Assembly: GCF_009914755.1 (NCBI RefSeq)
Contig: NC_060948.1
DNA length: 64,000 nucleotides
Reading direction: 5' to 3' (one strand)
From: the human T2T-CHM13v2.0 reference genome, Homo sapiens
Shown here: positions 41,836 to 61,194 of the stretch, piece by piece
Numbering within the stretch: position 1 is the stretch's first letter
Layout: every line of letters starts with the position of its first letter
The notes under the pieces: generated by a model
The model's database searches: none
Seen by the model: only the letters and a program-made list of their open reading frames with translations
Told to the model about the DNA's origin: nothing
Made by a program: the position numbers and the translations under genes

Positions 41836-43940
41836 AGATCCATATTTTTTAAATGAAAAAAAATTTCAAAGGTACTCTGCTTGGTACAATAATCAAATGT
41901 ATAAACTGAGGAATAAAACATAACCATGAAACCTACTTATAACTGCATATGGAAAATACAGAGGATAATTTTTTAAATAACATATTTTGAAAGCCTTAAC
42001 TAGTAATTTGAAGAGTTGGCATTTGAAAGGCCAGTATGAGTATACCTTCAAAGCAGCAACACAGGTTCCCCATGAGAAAAAGCAAACTCAGGGAAAATAA
42101 AACCACAAAGGTTCAATCTCTTCTGACCTTTGAAAGACACAGCACAGACAGTGGTCCTTAGGACGAAGAGCAGGAGACCCCTAATTCCGTCACCATGGCG
42201 ATAGGGCATAAACACTGCTGGGTGAGGGCACAATCCACATTGTGAGGTCCAACTGCTGCCAGGAAGACAGGAGTGCTTTTACATAGACCGAAAGGTCATT
42301 GAAGGCTCAGAGTTTTGTTTCAAGAACTGAATCCCAAGCCCACACGTTATTAGGCTGCGCTTCTTAAAACAAGTTATGAGATGGGAAAAAGGGCACCCAC
42401 AAACATACGTATACATTATGTATATAATAATATACAATATCATATATATAATATATATAACCTATGTATAATATTGTTTTACATCCTGCATCTTATATTA
42501 TATATATTGTATAAAATACAATAATTGATAATATATAAGTTTTATATTTATACAATATGACATATAGTATAAATTATAATTTATGACATATAATATATAT
42601 GTTATATATCATATATAGAATATATTATACGGTTAATATACGTATTAAATATAAATTATACATTATATATATTATATATAATATATCTGCTATATATAAT
42701 ACGCATTATGCATATTATATATATTATGTCTATGTTATATATAGTATAAAACAACATATAATAATATATAATTGTATATATAAAATGCGACATATAATTT
42801 ATAATATATTTTATGACATATGTAATATATATTATATATTATATATAATACGTTGTATGTATAATACCTATATTAAATATATATTATATGACTATGTTAT
42901 TAATTACATGTCACATATGTTATATATTATATATTTTACATAGAATGTACCGGTTACATACAATATATACTATGTTACCTATAATGTATAATTTATTACA
43001 TGTAAAATAAAGAATGCAATATATTATGTATAATTTATAATATACAATATGTGGAATGTGATATATATAACATATAATATATGATATATGATATACAGTA
43101 TATGATATATAACATACAATATATGATACCTAACATATATGGTATACAATATATATTTTATGATATGTATTCTCTATGTTTTATATTCTCTTATATATAA
43201 CTATTTGAAATTATATATAACTGAGTAATATTTTATGTAAATATGTAATATAATATATATAACTATATAATATATTATATATAACTATATATTATGTTAT
43301 ATATACTTTTATAACATAATTTACATAAAATATCATAATATAATATATATTATATTATTTCATATTACATAATATATATTACATATCACGCAATATAAGT
43401 AACATACATAATATTATAATATAGATTATATTATGTTATATTAAATATCATATATATCATGTATCATATATTCTATAATATATATTATACATTATATAAT
43501 ATGTATGTTGTCTATTATGTGATATATATAACTATATATATAATTATATTATTATACATATAACTAGATAAACATGTAATTCTACATATTTTCATTTATA
43601 ATATATAGAATTATATAATCATATATAATTATTTATATTCTATAAAAAATTATATCATTATATAAATTATAATATATAAAAATTATAATATGTACTACAA
43701 ATATATATATTATATATCATATATGATATAGTACCTTTGTTATATATCATAATACATATAAATGTGTATTATGTTATCTATAATTATATAATTTCATATA
43801 TAAGATGTATAATATTTATTATATATTATATATGTTATGTAATATATATAGTATATATAAGATGAGACAGGATAAATATTATATACTATGACATATAAAA
43901 TATATGAGGTTATATGTTACATATAAGGCATAGCACATAA

Positions 43941-44255
<315 letters not shown>

Positions 44256-46360
44256 AGATCCATATTTTTTAAATGAAAAAAAATTTCAAAGGTACTCTGC
44301 TTGGTACAATAATCAAATGTATAAACTGAGGAATAAAACATAACCATGAAACCTACTTATAACTGCATATGGAAAATACAGAGGATAATTTTTTAAATAA
44401 CATATTTTGAAAGCCTTAACTAGTAATTTGAAGAGTTGGCATTTGAAAGGCCAGTATGAATATACCTTCAAAGCAGCAACACAGGTTCCCCATGAGAAAA
44501 AGCAAACTCAGGGAAAATAAAACCACAAAGGTTCAATCTCTTCTGACCTTTGAAAGACACAGCACAGACAGTGGTCCTTAGGACGAAGAGCAGGAGACCC
44601 ATAATTCCGTCACCATGGCGATAGGGCATAAACACTGCTGGGTGAGGGCACAATCCACATTGTGAGGTCCAACTGCTGCCAGGAAGACAGGAGTGCTTTT
44701 ACATAGACCGAAAGGTCATTGAAGGCTCAGAGTTTTGTTTCAAGAACTGAATCCCAAGCCCACACGTTATTAGGCTGCGCTTCTTAAAACAAGTTATGAG
44801 ATGGGAAAAAGGGCACCCACAGACATACGTATACATTATGTATATAATAATATACAGTATCATATATATAATATATATAACCTATGTATAATATTGTTTT
44901 ACATCCTGCATCTTATACTATATATATTGTATAAAATATAATAATTGATAATATATAAATTTTATATTTATACAATACGACATATAGTATATATTATAAT
45001 TTATGACATATATAATATATGTTATATATCATATATAGAATATATTATACGGTTAATATACGTATTAAATATAAATTATACATTATATATATTATATATA
45101 ATATATCTGTTATATATAATACCCATTATGCATAATATATATATTATGTCTATGTTATATATAGTATAAAACAACATATAATAATATATAATTGTATATA
45201 TAAAATGCGACATATAATATATATTATATTTTATGACATATGTAATATATATTATATATTATATATAATACGTTGTATATATAATACCTATATTAAATAT
45301 ATGTTATATGACTGTGTTATTAATTACATGTCACATATGTTATATATTATATATTTTACATAGAATATACCGGTTACATACAATATATACTATGTTACGT
45401 ATAATGTATAATTTATTACATGTAAAATAAAGAATGCAATATATTATGTGCAATTTATAATATACAATATGTGGAATGTGATATATATAACATATAATAT
45501 ATGATATATGATATACAGTATATGATATATAACATACAATATATGATACCTAATATATATGGTATACAATATATATTTTATGATATGTATTCTATATGTT
45601 TTATATTCTGTTATATATAACTATTTGAAATTATATATAACTGTATAATATTTTATGTAAATATGTAATATAATATATATAAATATATAATATATTATAT
45701 ATAACTATATATTATGTTATATATACTTTTATAACATAATTTACATAAAATATCATAATATAATATATACTATATTATTTCACATTACATAATATATATT
45801 ACGTATCACCCAATATAAGTAACATACCTAATATTATAATATAGATTATATTATGTTATATTAAATATCATATATATCATGTATCATATATTCTATAATA
45901 TATATTATACATTATATAATATGTATGTTGTCTATTATGTGATATATATAACTATATATATAATTATATTATTATACATATAACTAGATAAACATGTAAT
46001 TCTACATATTTTCATTTATAATATATAGAATTATATAATCATATATAATTATTTATATTCTATAATAAATTATATCATTATATAAATTATAATATATAAA
46101 AATTATAATATGTACTACAAATATATATATTACATATCATATATGATATAGTACCATTGTTATATATCATAATACATATAAATGTGTATTATGATATCTA
46201 TAATTATATAATTTCATATATAAGATGTATAATATGTATTATATATTATATATGTTATGTAATATATATAGTATATATAAGATGACACAGGATAAATATT
46301 ATATACTATGACATATAAAATATATGAGGTTATATGTTACATATAAGGCATAGCACATAA

Positions 46361-46675
<315 letters not shown>

Positions 46676-48780
46676 AGATCCATATTTTTTAAATGAAAAA
46701 AAATTTCAAAGGTACTCTGCTTCGTACAATAATCAAATGTATAAACTGAGGAATAAAACATAACCATGAAACCTACTTATAACTGCATATGGAAAATACA
46801 GAGGATAATTTTTTAAATAACATATTTTGAAAGTCTTAACTAGTAATTTGAAGAGTTGGCATTTGAAAGGCCAGTATGAATATACCTTCAAAGCAGCAAC
46901 ACAGGTTCCCCTTGAGAAAAATCAAACTCAGGTAAAATAAAACCACAAAGGTTCAATCTCTTCTGACCATTGAAAGACACAGCACAGACAGTGGTCCTTA
47001 GGACGAAGAGCAGGAGACCCCTAATTCCGTCACCATGGCGATAGGGCATAAACACTGCTGGGTGAGGGCACAATCCACATTGTGAGGTCCAACTGCTGCC
47101 AGGAAGACAGGAGTGCTTTTACATAGACCGAAAGGTCATTGAAGGCTCAGAGTTTTGTTTCAAGAACTGAATCCCAAACCCACACGTTATTAGGCTGCGC
47201 TTCTTAAAACAAGTTATGAGATGGGAAAAAGGGCACCCACAAACATACGTATACATTATGTATATAATAATATACAGTATCATATATATAATATATATAA
47301 CCTATGTATAATATTGTTTTACATCCTGCATCTTATATTATATATATTGTATAAAATATAATTATTGATAATATATAAATTTTATATTTATACATTATGA
47401 CATATAGTATATATTATAATTTATGACATATATAATATATGTTATATATCATATATAGAATATATTATACGGTTAATATACGTATTAAATATAAATTATA
47501 CATTATATATATTATATATAATATATCTGTTATATATAATACCCATTATGCATAATATATATATTATGTCTATGTTATATATAGTATAAAACAACATATA
47601 ATAATAAATAATTGTATATATAAAATGCGACATATAATATATATTATATTTTATGACATATGTAATATATATTATATATTATATATAATACGTTGTATGT
47701 ATAATACCTATAATAAATATATATTATATGACTATGTTATTAATTACATGTCACATGTGTTATATATTATATATTTTACATAGAATATACCGGTTACATA
47801 CAATATATACTATGTTACCTATAATGTATATTTTATTACATGTGAAATAAAGAATGCAATATATTATGTATAATTTATAATATACAATATGTGGAATGTG
47901 ATATATATAACATATAATATATGATATATGATATACAGTATATGATATATAACATACAATATATGATACCTAATATATATGGTATACAATATATATTTTA
48001 TGATATGTATTCTATATGTTCTATATTCTGTTACATATAACTATTTGAAATTATATATAACTGTATAATATTTTATGTAAATATGTAATATAATATATAT
48101 AACTATATAATATATTATATATAACTATATATTATGTTATATATACTTTTATAACATAATTTACATAAAATATCATAATATAATATATATTATATTATTT
48201 CATATTACATAATATATATTACATATCACCAAATATAAGTAACATACATAATATTATAATATAGATTATATTATGTTATATTAAATATCATATATATCAT
48301 GTATCATATATTCTATAATATATATTATACATTATATAATATGTATGTTGTCTATTATGTGATATATATAACAATATATATAATTATATTATTATACATA
48401 TAACTAGATAAACATGTAATTCTACATATTTTCATTTATAATATTTAGAATTATATAATCATATATAATTATTTATATTCTATAAAAAATTATATCATTA
48501 TATAAATTATAATATATAAAAATTATAATATGTACTACAAATATATATATTATATATCATATATGATATGGTACCTTTGTTATATATCATAATACATATA
48601 AATGTGTATTATGTTATCTATAATTATATAATTTCATATATAAGATGTATAATATTTATTATATATTATATATGTTATGTAATATATATAGTATATATAA
48701 GATGAGACAGGATAAATATTATATACTATGACATATAAAATATATGAGGTTATATGTTACATATAAGGCATAGCACATAA

Positions 48781-49095
<315 letters not shown>

Positions 49096-51200
49096 AGATC
49101 CATATTTTTTAAATGAAAAAAAATTTCAAAGGTACTCTGCTTGGTACAATAATCAAATGTATAAACTGAGGAATAAAACATAACCATGAAACCTACTTAT
49201 AACTGCATATGGAAAATACAGAGGATAATTTTTTAAATAACATATTTTGAAAGCCTTAACTAGTAATTTGAAGAGTTGGCATTTGAAAGGCCAGAATGAA
49301 TATACCTTCAAAGCAGCAACACAGGTTCCCCATGAGAAAAAGCAAACTCAGGGAAAATAAAACCACAAAGGTTCAATCTCTTCTGACCTTTGAAAGACAC
49401 AGCACAGACAGTGGTCCTTAGGACGAAGAGCAGGAGACCCCTAATTCCGTCACCATGGCGATAGGGCATAAACATTGCTGGGTGAGGGCACAATCCACAT
49501 TGTGAGGTCCAACTGCTGCCAGGAAGACAGGAGTGCTTTTACATAGACCGAAAGGTCATTGAAGGCTCAGAGTTTTGTTTCAAGAACTGAATCCCAAGCC
49601 CACACGTTATTAGGCTGCGCTTCTTAAAACAAGTTATGAGATGGGAAAAAGGGCACCCAAAAACATACGTATACATTATGTATATAATAATATACAGTAT
49701 CATATATATAATATATATAACCTATGTATAATATTGTTTTACATCCTGCATCTTATATTATATATATTGTATAAAATACAATAATTGATAATATATAAGT
49801 TTTATATTTATACAATATGATATATAGTATAAATTATAATTTATGACATATAATATATATGTTATATATCATATATAGAATATATTATACGGTTAATATA
49901 CGTATTAAATATAAATTATACATTATATATATTATATATAATATATCTGCTATATATAATACGCATTATGCATATTATATATATTATGTCTATGTTATAT
50001 ATAGTATAAAACAACATATAATAATATATAATTGTATATATAAAATGCGACATATAATATATAATATATTTTATGACATATGTAATATATATTATATATT
50101 ATATATAATACGTTGTATGTATAATACCTATATTAAATATATATTATATGACTATGTTATTAATTACATGTCACATATGTTATATATTATATATTTTACA
50201 TAGAATGTACCGGTTACATACAATATATACTATGTTACCTATAATGTATAATTTATTACATGTAAAATAAAGAATGCAATATATTATGTATAATTTATAA
50301 TATACAATATGTGGAATGTGATATATATAACATATAATATATGATATATGATATACAGTATATGATATATAACATACAATATATGATACCTAACATATAT
50401 GGTATACAATATATATTTTATGATATGTATTCTCTCTGTTTTATATTCTCTTATATATAACTATTTGAAATTATATATAACTGAGTAATATTTTATGTAA
50501 ATATGTAATATAATATATATAACTATATAATATATTATATATAACTATATATTATGTTATATATACTTTTATAACATAATTTACATAAAATATCATAATA
50601 TAATATATATTATATTATTTCATATTACATAATATATATTACATATCACCCAATATAAGTAACATACATAATATTATAATATAGATTATATTATGTTATA
50701 TTAAATATCATATATATCATGTATCATATATTCTATAATATATATTATACATTATATAATATGTATGTTGTCTATTATGTGATATATATAACTATATATA
50801 TAATTATATTATTATACATATAACTAGATAAACATGTAATTCTACATATTTTCATTTATAATATATAGAATTATATAATCATATATAATTATTTATATTC
50901 TATAAAAAATTATATCATTATATAAATTATAATATATAAAAATTATAATATGTACTACAAATATATATATTATATATCATATATGATATAGTACCGTTGT
51001 TATATATCATAATACATATAAATGTGTATTATGTTATCTATAATTATATAATTTCATATATAAGATGTATAATATTTATTATATATTATATATGTTATGT
51101 AATATATATAGTATATATAAGATGAGACAGGATAAATATTATATACTATGACATATAAAATATATGAGGTTATATGTTACATATAAGGCATAGCACATAA

Positions 51201-51515
<315 letters not shown>

Positions 51516-53620
51516 AGATCCATATTTTTTAAATGAAAAAAAATTTCAAAGGTACTCTGCTTGGTACAATAATCAAATGTATAAACTGAGGAATAAAACA
51601 TAACCATGAAACCTACTTATAACTGCATATGGAAAATACAGAGGATAATTTTTTAAATAACATATTTTGAAAGCCTTAACTAGTAATTTGAAGAGTTGGC
51701 ATTTGAAAGGCCAGTATGAATATACCTTCAAAGCAGCAACACAGGTTCCCCATGAGAAAAAGCAAACTCAGGGAAAATAAAACCACAAAGGTTCAATCTC
51801 TTCTGACCTTTGAAAGACACAGCACAGACAGTGGTCCTTAGGACGAAGAGCAGGAGACCCCTAATTCCGTCACCATGGCGATAGGGCATAAACATTGCTG
51901 GGTGAGGGCACAATCCACATTGTGAGGTCCAACTGCTGCCAGGAAGACAGGAGTGCTTTTACATAGACCGAAAGGTCATTGAAGGCTCAGAGTTTTGTTT
52001 CAAGAACTGAATCCCAAGCCCACACGTTATTAGGCTGCGCTTCTTAAAACAAGCTATGAGATGGGAAAAAGGGCACCCACAAACATACGTATACATTATG
52101 TATACAATAATATACAGTATCATATATATAATATATATAACCTATGTATAATATTGTTTTACATCCTGCATCTTATACTATATATATTGTATAAAATATA
52201 ATAATTGATAATATATAAGTTTTATATTTATATTATATGACATATATTATATATTATAATTTATGATATATATATTATATGTTATATATCATATATAGAA
52301 TATATTATACGGTTAATATACGTATTAAATATAAATTATATATTATATACATTATATATAATATATCTGTTATATATAATACCCATTATGCATAATATAT
52401 ATATTATGTCTATGTTATATATAGTATAAAACAACATATAATAATATATAATTGTATATATAAAAGGTGACATATAATATATATTATATTTTATGACATA
52501 TGTAATATATATTATATATTATATATAATACGTTGTATGTATAATACCTATATTAAATATATATGATATGACTATGTTATTAATTACATGTCACATGTGT
52601 TATATATTATATATTTTACATACAATATACCGGTTACATACAATATATACTATCTTACCTACAATGTATAATTTATTACATGTAAAATAAAGAATGCAGT
52701 ATATTATGTATAATTTATAATATACAATATGTGGAATGTGATATATATAACATATAATATATGATATATGATATACACTATATGATATATAACATACAAT
52801 ATATGATACCTAATATATATGGTATACAATATATATTTTATGATATGTATTCTATATGTTCTATATTCTGTTACATATAACTATTTGAAATTATATATAA
52901 CTGTATAATATTTTATGTAAATATGTAATATAATATATATAACTATATAATATATTATATATAACTATATATTATGTTATATATACTTTTATAACATAAT
53001 TTACATAAAATATCATAATATAATATATATTATATTATTTCATATTACATAATATATATTACATATCACCAAATATAAGTAACATACATAATATTATAAT
53101 ATAGATTATATTATGTTATATTAAATATCATATATATCATGTATCATATATTCTATAATATATATTATACATTATATAATATGTATGTTGTCTATTATGT
53201 GATATATATAACAATATATATAATTATATTATTATACATATAACTAGATAAACATGTAATTCTACATATTTTCATTTATAATATATAGAATTATATAATC
53301 ATATATAATTATTTATATTCTATAAAAAATTATATCATTATATAAATTATAATATATAAAAATTATAATATGTACTACAAATATATATATTATATATCAT
53401 ATATGATATGGTACCTTTGTTATATATCATAATACATATAAATGTGTATTATGTTATCTATAATTATATAATTTCATATATAAGATGTATAATATTTATT
53501 ATATATTATATATGTTATGTAATATATATAGTATATATAAGATGAGACAGGATAAATATTATATACTATGACATATAAAATATATGAGGTTATATGTTAC
53601 ATATAAGGCATAGCACATAA

Positions 53621-53935
<315 letters not shown>

Positions 53936-56040
53936 AGATCCATATTTTTTAAATGAAAAAAAATTTCAAAGGTACTCTGCTTGGTACAATAATCAAATGT
54001 ATAAACTGAGGAATAAAACATAACCATGAAACCTACTTATAACTGCATATGGAAAATACAGAGGATAATTTTTTAAATAACATATTTTGAAAGCCTTAAC
54101 TAGTAATTTGAAGAGTTGGCATTTGAAAGGCCAGTATGAATATACCTTCAAAGCAGCAACACAGGTTCCCCATGAGAAAAAGCAAACTCAGGGAAAATAA
54201 AACCACAAAGGTTCAATCTCTTCTGACCTTTGAAAGACACAGCACAGACAGTGGTCCTTAGGACGAAGAGCAGGAGACCCCTAATTCCGTCACCATGGCG
54301 ATAGGGCATAAACATTGCTGGGTGAGGGCACAATCCACATTGTGAGGTCCAACTGCTGCCAGGAAGACAGGAGTGCTTTTACATAGACCGAAAGGTCATT
54401 GAAGGCTCAGAGTTTTGTTTCAAGAACTGAATCCCAAGCCCACACGTTATTAGGCTGCGCTTCTTAAAACAAGTTATGAGATGGGAAAAAGGGCACCCAA
54501 AAACATACGTATACATTATGTATATAATAATATACAGTATCATATATATAATATATATAACCTATGTATAATATTGTTTTACATCCTGCATCTTATATTA
54601 TATATATTGTATAAAATACAATAATTGATAATATATAAGTTTTATATTTATACAATATGATATATAGTATAAATTATAATTTATGACATATAATATATAT
54701 GTTATATATCATATATAGAATATATTATACGGTTAATATACGTATTAAATATAAATTATACATTATATATATTATATATAATATATCTGCTATATAAAAT
54801 ACGCATTATGCATATTATATATATTATGTCTATGTTATATATAGTATAAAACAACATATAATAATATATAATTGTATATATAAAATGCGACATATAATAT
54901 ATAATATATTTTATGACATATGTAATATATATTATATATTATATATAATACGTTGTATGTATAATACCTATATTAAATATATATTATATGACTATGTTAT
55001 TAATTACATGTCACATATGTTATATATTATATATTTTTCATAGAATGTACCGGTTACATACAATATATACTATGTTACCTATAATGTATAATTTATTACA
55101 TGTAAAATAAAGAATGCAATATATTATGTATAATTTATAATATACAATATGTGGAATGTGATATATATAACATATAATATATGATATATGATATACAGTA
55201 TATGATATATAACATACAATATATGATACCTAACATATATGGTATACAATATATATTTTATGATATGTATTCTCTATGTTTTATATTCTCTTATATATAA
55301 CTATTTGAAATTATATATAACTGAGTAATATTTTATGTAAATATGTAATATAATATATATAACTATATAATATATTATATATAACTATATATTATGTTAT
55401 ATATACTTTTATAACATAATTTACATAAAATATCATAATATAATATATATTATATTATTTCATATTACATAATATATATTACATATCACCCAATATAAGT
55501 AACATACATAATATTATAATATAGATTATATTATGTTATATTAAATATCATATATATCATGTATCATATATTCTATAATATATATTATACATTATATAAT
55601 ATGTATGTTGTCTATTATGTGATATATATAACTATATATATAATTATATTATTATACATATAACTAGATAAACATGTAATTCTACATATTTTCATTTATA
55701 ATATATAGAATTATATAATCATATATAATTATTTATATTCTATAAAAAATTATATCATTATATAAATTATAATATATAAAAATTATAATATGTACTACAA
55801 ATATATATATTATATATCATATATGATATAGTACCGTTGTTATATATCATAATACATATAAATGTGTATTATGTTATCTATAATTATATAATTTCATATA
55901 TAAGATGTATAATATTTATTATATATTATATATGTTATGTAATATATATAGTATATATAAGATGAGACAGGATAAATATTATATACTATGACATATAAAA
56001 TATATGAGGTTATATGTTACATATAAGGCATAGCACATAA

Positions 56041-56355
<315 letters not shown>

Positions 56356-58483
56356 AGATCCATATTTTTTAAATGAAAAAAAATTTCAAAGGTACTCTGC
56401 TTGGTACAATAATCAAATGTATAAACTGAGGAATAAAACATAACCATGAAACCTACTTATAACTGCATATGGAAAATACAGAGGATAATTTTTTAAATAA
56501 CATATTTTGAAAGCCTTAACTAGTAATTTGAAGAGTTGGCATTTGAAAGGCCAGTATGAATATACCTTCAAAGCAGCAACACAGGTTCCCCATGAGAAAA
56601 AGCAAACTCAGGGAAAATAAAACCACAAAGGTTCAATCTCTTCTGACCTTTGAAAGACACAGCACAGACAGTGGTCCTTAGGACGAAGAGCAGGAGACCC
56701 CTAATTCCGTCACCATGGCGATAGGGCATAAACATTGCTGGGTGAGGGCACAATCCACATTGTGAGGTCCAACTGCTGCCAGGAAGACAGGAGTGCTTTT
56801 ACATAGACCGAAAGGTCATTGAAGGCTCAGAGTTTTGTTTCAAGAACTGAATCCCAAGCCCACACGTTATTAGGCTGCGCTTCTTAAAACAAGCTATGAG
56901 ATGGGAAAAAGGGCACCCACAAACATACGTATACATTATGTATACAATAATATACAGTATCATATATATAATATATATAACCTATGTATAATATTGTTTT
57001 ACATCCTGCATCTTATACTATATATATTGTATAAAATATAATAATTGATAATATATAAGTTTTATATTTATATTATATGACATATATTATATATTATAAT
57101 TTATGATATATATATTATATGTTATATATCATATATAGAATATATTATACGGTTAATATACGTATTAAATATAAATTATATATTATATACATTATATATA
57201 ATATATCTGTTATATATAATACCCATTATGCATAATATATATATTATGTCTATGTTATATATAGTATAAAACAACATATAATAATATATAATTGTATATA
57301 TAAAAGGTGACATATAATATATATTATATTTTATGACATATGTAATATATATTATATATTATATATAATACGTTGTATGTATAATACCTATATTAAATAT
57401 ATATGATATGACTATGTTATTAATTACATGTCACATGTGTTATATATTATATATTTTACATACAATATACCGGTTACATACAATATATACTATCTTACCT
57501 ACAATGTATAATTTATTACATGTAAAATAAAGAATGCAGTATATTATGTATAATTTATAATATACAATATGTGGAATGTGATATATATAACATATAATAT
57601 ATGATATATGATATACACTATATGATATATAACATACAATATATGATACCTAATATATATGGTATACAATATATATTTTATGATATGTATTCTATATGTT
57701 TTTTATTCTGTTATATATAACTATTTGAAATTATATATAACTGTATAATATTTTATGTAAATATGTAATATAATATATATAACTATATAATATATTATAT
57801 ATAACTTTATATTATGTTATATATACTTTTATAACATAATTTACATAAAATATCATAATATAATATATATTATATTATTTCTTATTACATAATATATATT
57901 ACATATCACCCAATATAAGTAACATACATAATATTATAATATAGATTATATTATGTTATATTAAATATCATATATATCATGTATCATATATTCTATAATA
58001 TATATTACACATTATATAATATGTATGTTGTCTATTATGTGATATATATAACTATATATATAATTATATTATTATACATATAACTAGATAAACGTGTAAT
58101 TCTACATATTTTCATTTATAATATATAGAATTATGTAATCATATATAATTATTTATATTCTATAAAAAATTATATCATTATATAAATTATAATATATAAA
58201 AATTAAAATATGTACTTAAAACAGATATATTATATATCATATATGATATAGTACCTTTGTTATATATCATAATACATATAAATGTGTATTATGTTATCTA
58301 TAATTATATAATTTCGTATATAAGATGTATAATATGTATTATATATTTTATATGCTATGTAATATATATAGTATATATAAGATGACACAGGATAAATATT
58401 ATATACTATGACATATAAAATATAAGAGGTTATATGTTACATATAAGTCATACCACATAAGATGTAATATATATCATATATAA

Positions 58484-58775
<292 letters not shown>

Positions 58776-60902
58776 AGATCCATATTTTTTAAATGAAGAA
58801 AAATTTCAAAGGTACTCTGCTTGGTACAATAATCAAATGTATAAACTGAGGAATAAAACATAACCATGAAACCTACTTATAACTGCATATGGAAAATACA
58901 GAGGATAATTTTTTAAATAACATATTTTGAAAGCCTTAACTAGTAATTTGAAGAGTTGGCATTTGAAAGGCCAGTATGAATATACCTTCAAAGCAGCAAC
59001 ACAGGTTCCCCATGAGAAAAACAAACTCAGGGAAAATAAAACCACAAAGGTTCAATCTCTTCTGACCTTTGAAAGACACAGCACAGACAGTGGTCCTTAG
59101 GACGAAGAGCAGGAGACCCCTAATTCCGTCACCATGGCGATAGGGCATAAACATTGCTGGGTGAGGGCACAATCCACATTGTGAGGTCCAACTGCTGCCA
59201 GGAAGACAGGAGTGCTTTTACATAGACCGAAAGGTCATTGAAGGCTCAGAGTTTTGTTTCAAGAACTGAATCCCAAGCCCACACGTTATTAGGCTGCGCT
59301 TCTTAAAACAAGCTATGAGATGGGAAAAAGGGCACCCACAAACATACGTATACATTACGTATATAATAATATACAGTATCATATATATAATATATATAAC
59401 CTATGTATAATATTGTTTTACATCCTGCATCTTATACTATATATATTGTATAAAATATAATAATTGATAATATATAAGTTTTATATTTATACTATATGAC
59501 ATATATTATATATTATAATTTATGATATATATATTATATGTTATATATCATATGTAGAATATATTATACGGTTAATATACGTATTAAATATAAATTATAT
59601 ATTATATACATTATATATAATATATCTGTTATATATAATACCCATTATGCATAATATATATATTATGTCTATGTTATATATAGTATAAAACAACATATAA
59701 TAATATATAATTGTATATATAAAAGGTGACATATAATATATATTATATTTTATGACATATGTAATATATATTATATATTATATATAATACGTTGTATGTA
59801 TAATACCTATATTAAATATATATGATATGACTATGTTATTAATTACATGTCACATGTGTTATATATTATATATTTTACATACAATATACCGGTTACATAC
59901 AATATATACTATCTTATCTACAATGTATAATTTATTACATGTAAAATAAAGAATGCACTATATTATGTATAATTTATAATATACAATATGTGGAATGTGA
60001 TATATATAACATATAATATATGATATATGATATACAGTATATGATATATAACATACAATATATGATACCTAATATATATGGTATACAATATATATTTTAT
60101 GATATGTATTCTATATGTTTTTTATTCTGTTATATATAACTATTTGAAATTATATATAACTGTATAATATTTTATGTAAATATGTAATATAATATATATA
60201 ACTATATAATATATTATATATAACTTTATATTATGTTATATATACTTTTATAACATAATTTACATAAAATATCATAATATAATATATATTATATTATTTC
60301 TTATTACATAATATATATTACATATCACCCAATATAAGTAACATACATAATATTATAATATAGATTATATTATGTTATAGTAAATATCATATATATCATG
60401 TATCATATATTCTATAATATATATTACACATTATATAATATGTATGTTGTTTATTATGTGATATATATAAGTATATATATAATTATATTATTATACATAT
60501 AACTAGATAAACGTGTAATTCTACATATTTTCATTTATAATATATAGAATTATGTAATCATATATAATTATTTATATTCTATAAAAAATTATATCATTAT
60601 ATAAATTATAATATATAAAAATTAAAATATGTACTTAAAACAGATATATTATATATCATATATGATATAGTACCTTTGTTATATATCATAATACATATAA
60701 ATGTGTATTATGTTATCTATAATTATATAATTTCGTATATAAGATGTATAATATGTATTATATATTTTATATGTTATGTAATATATCTAGTATATATAAG
60801 ATGACACAGGATAAATATTATACACTATGACATATAAAATATAAGAGGTTATATGTTACATATAAGTCATACCACATAAGATGTAATATATATCATATAT
60901 AA

Positions 60903-61194
<292 letters not shown>

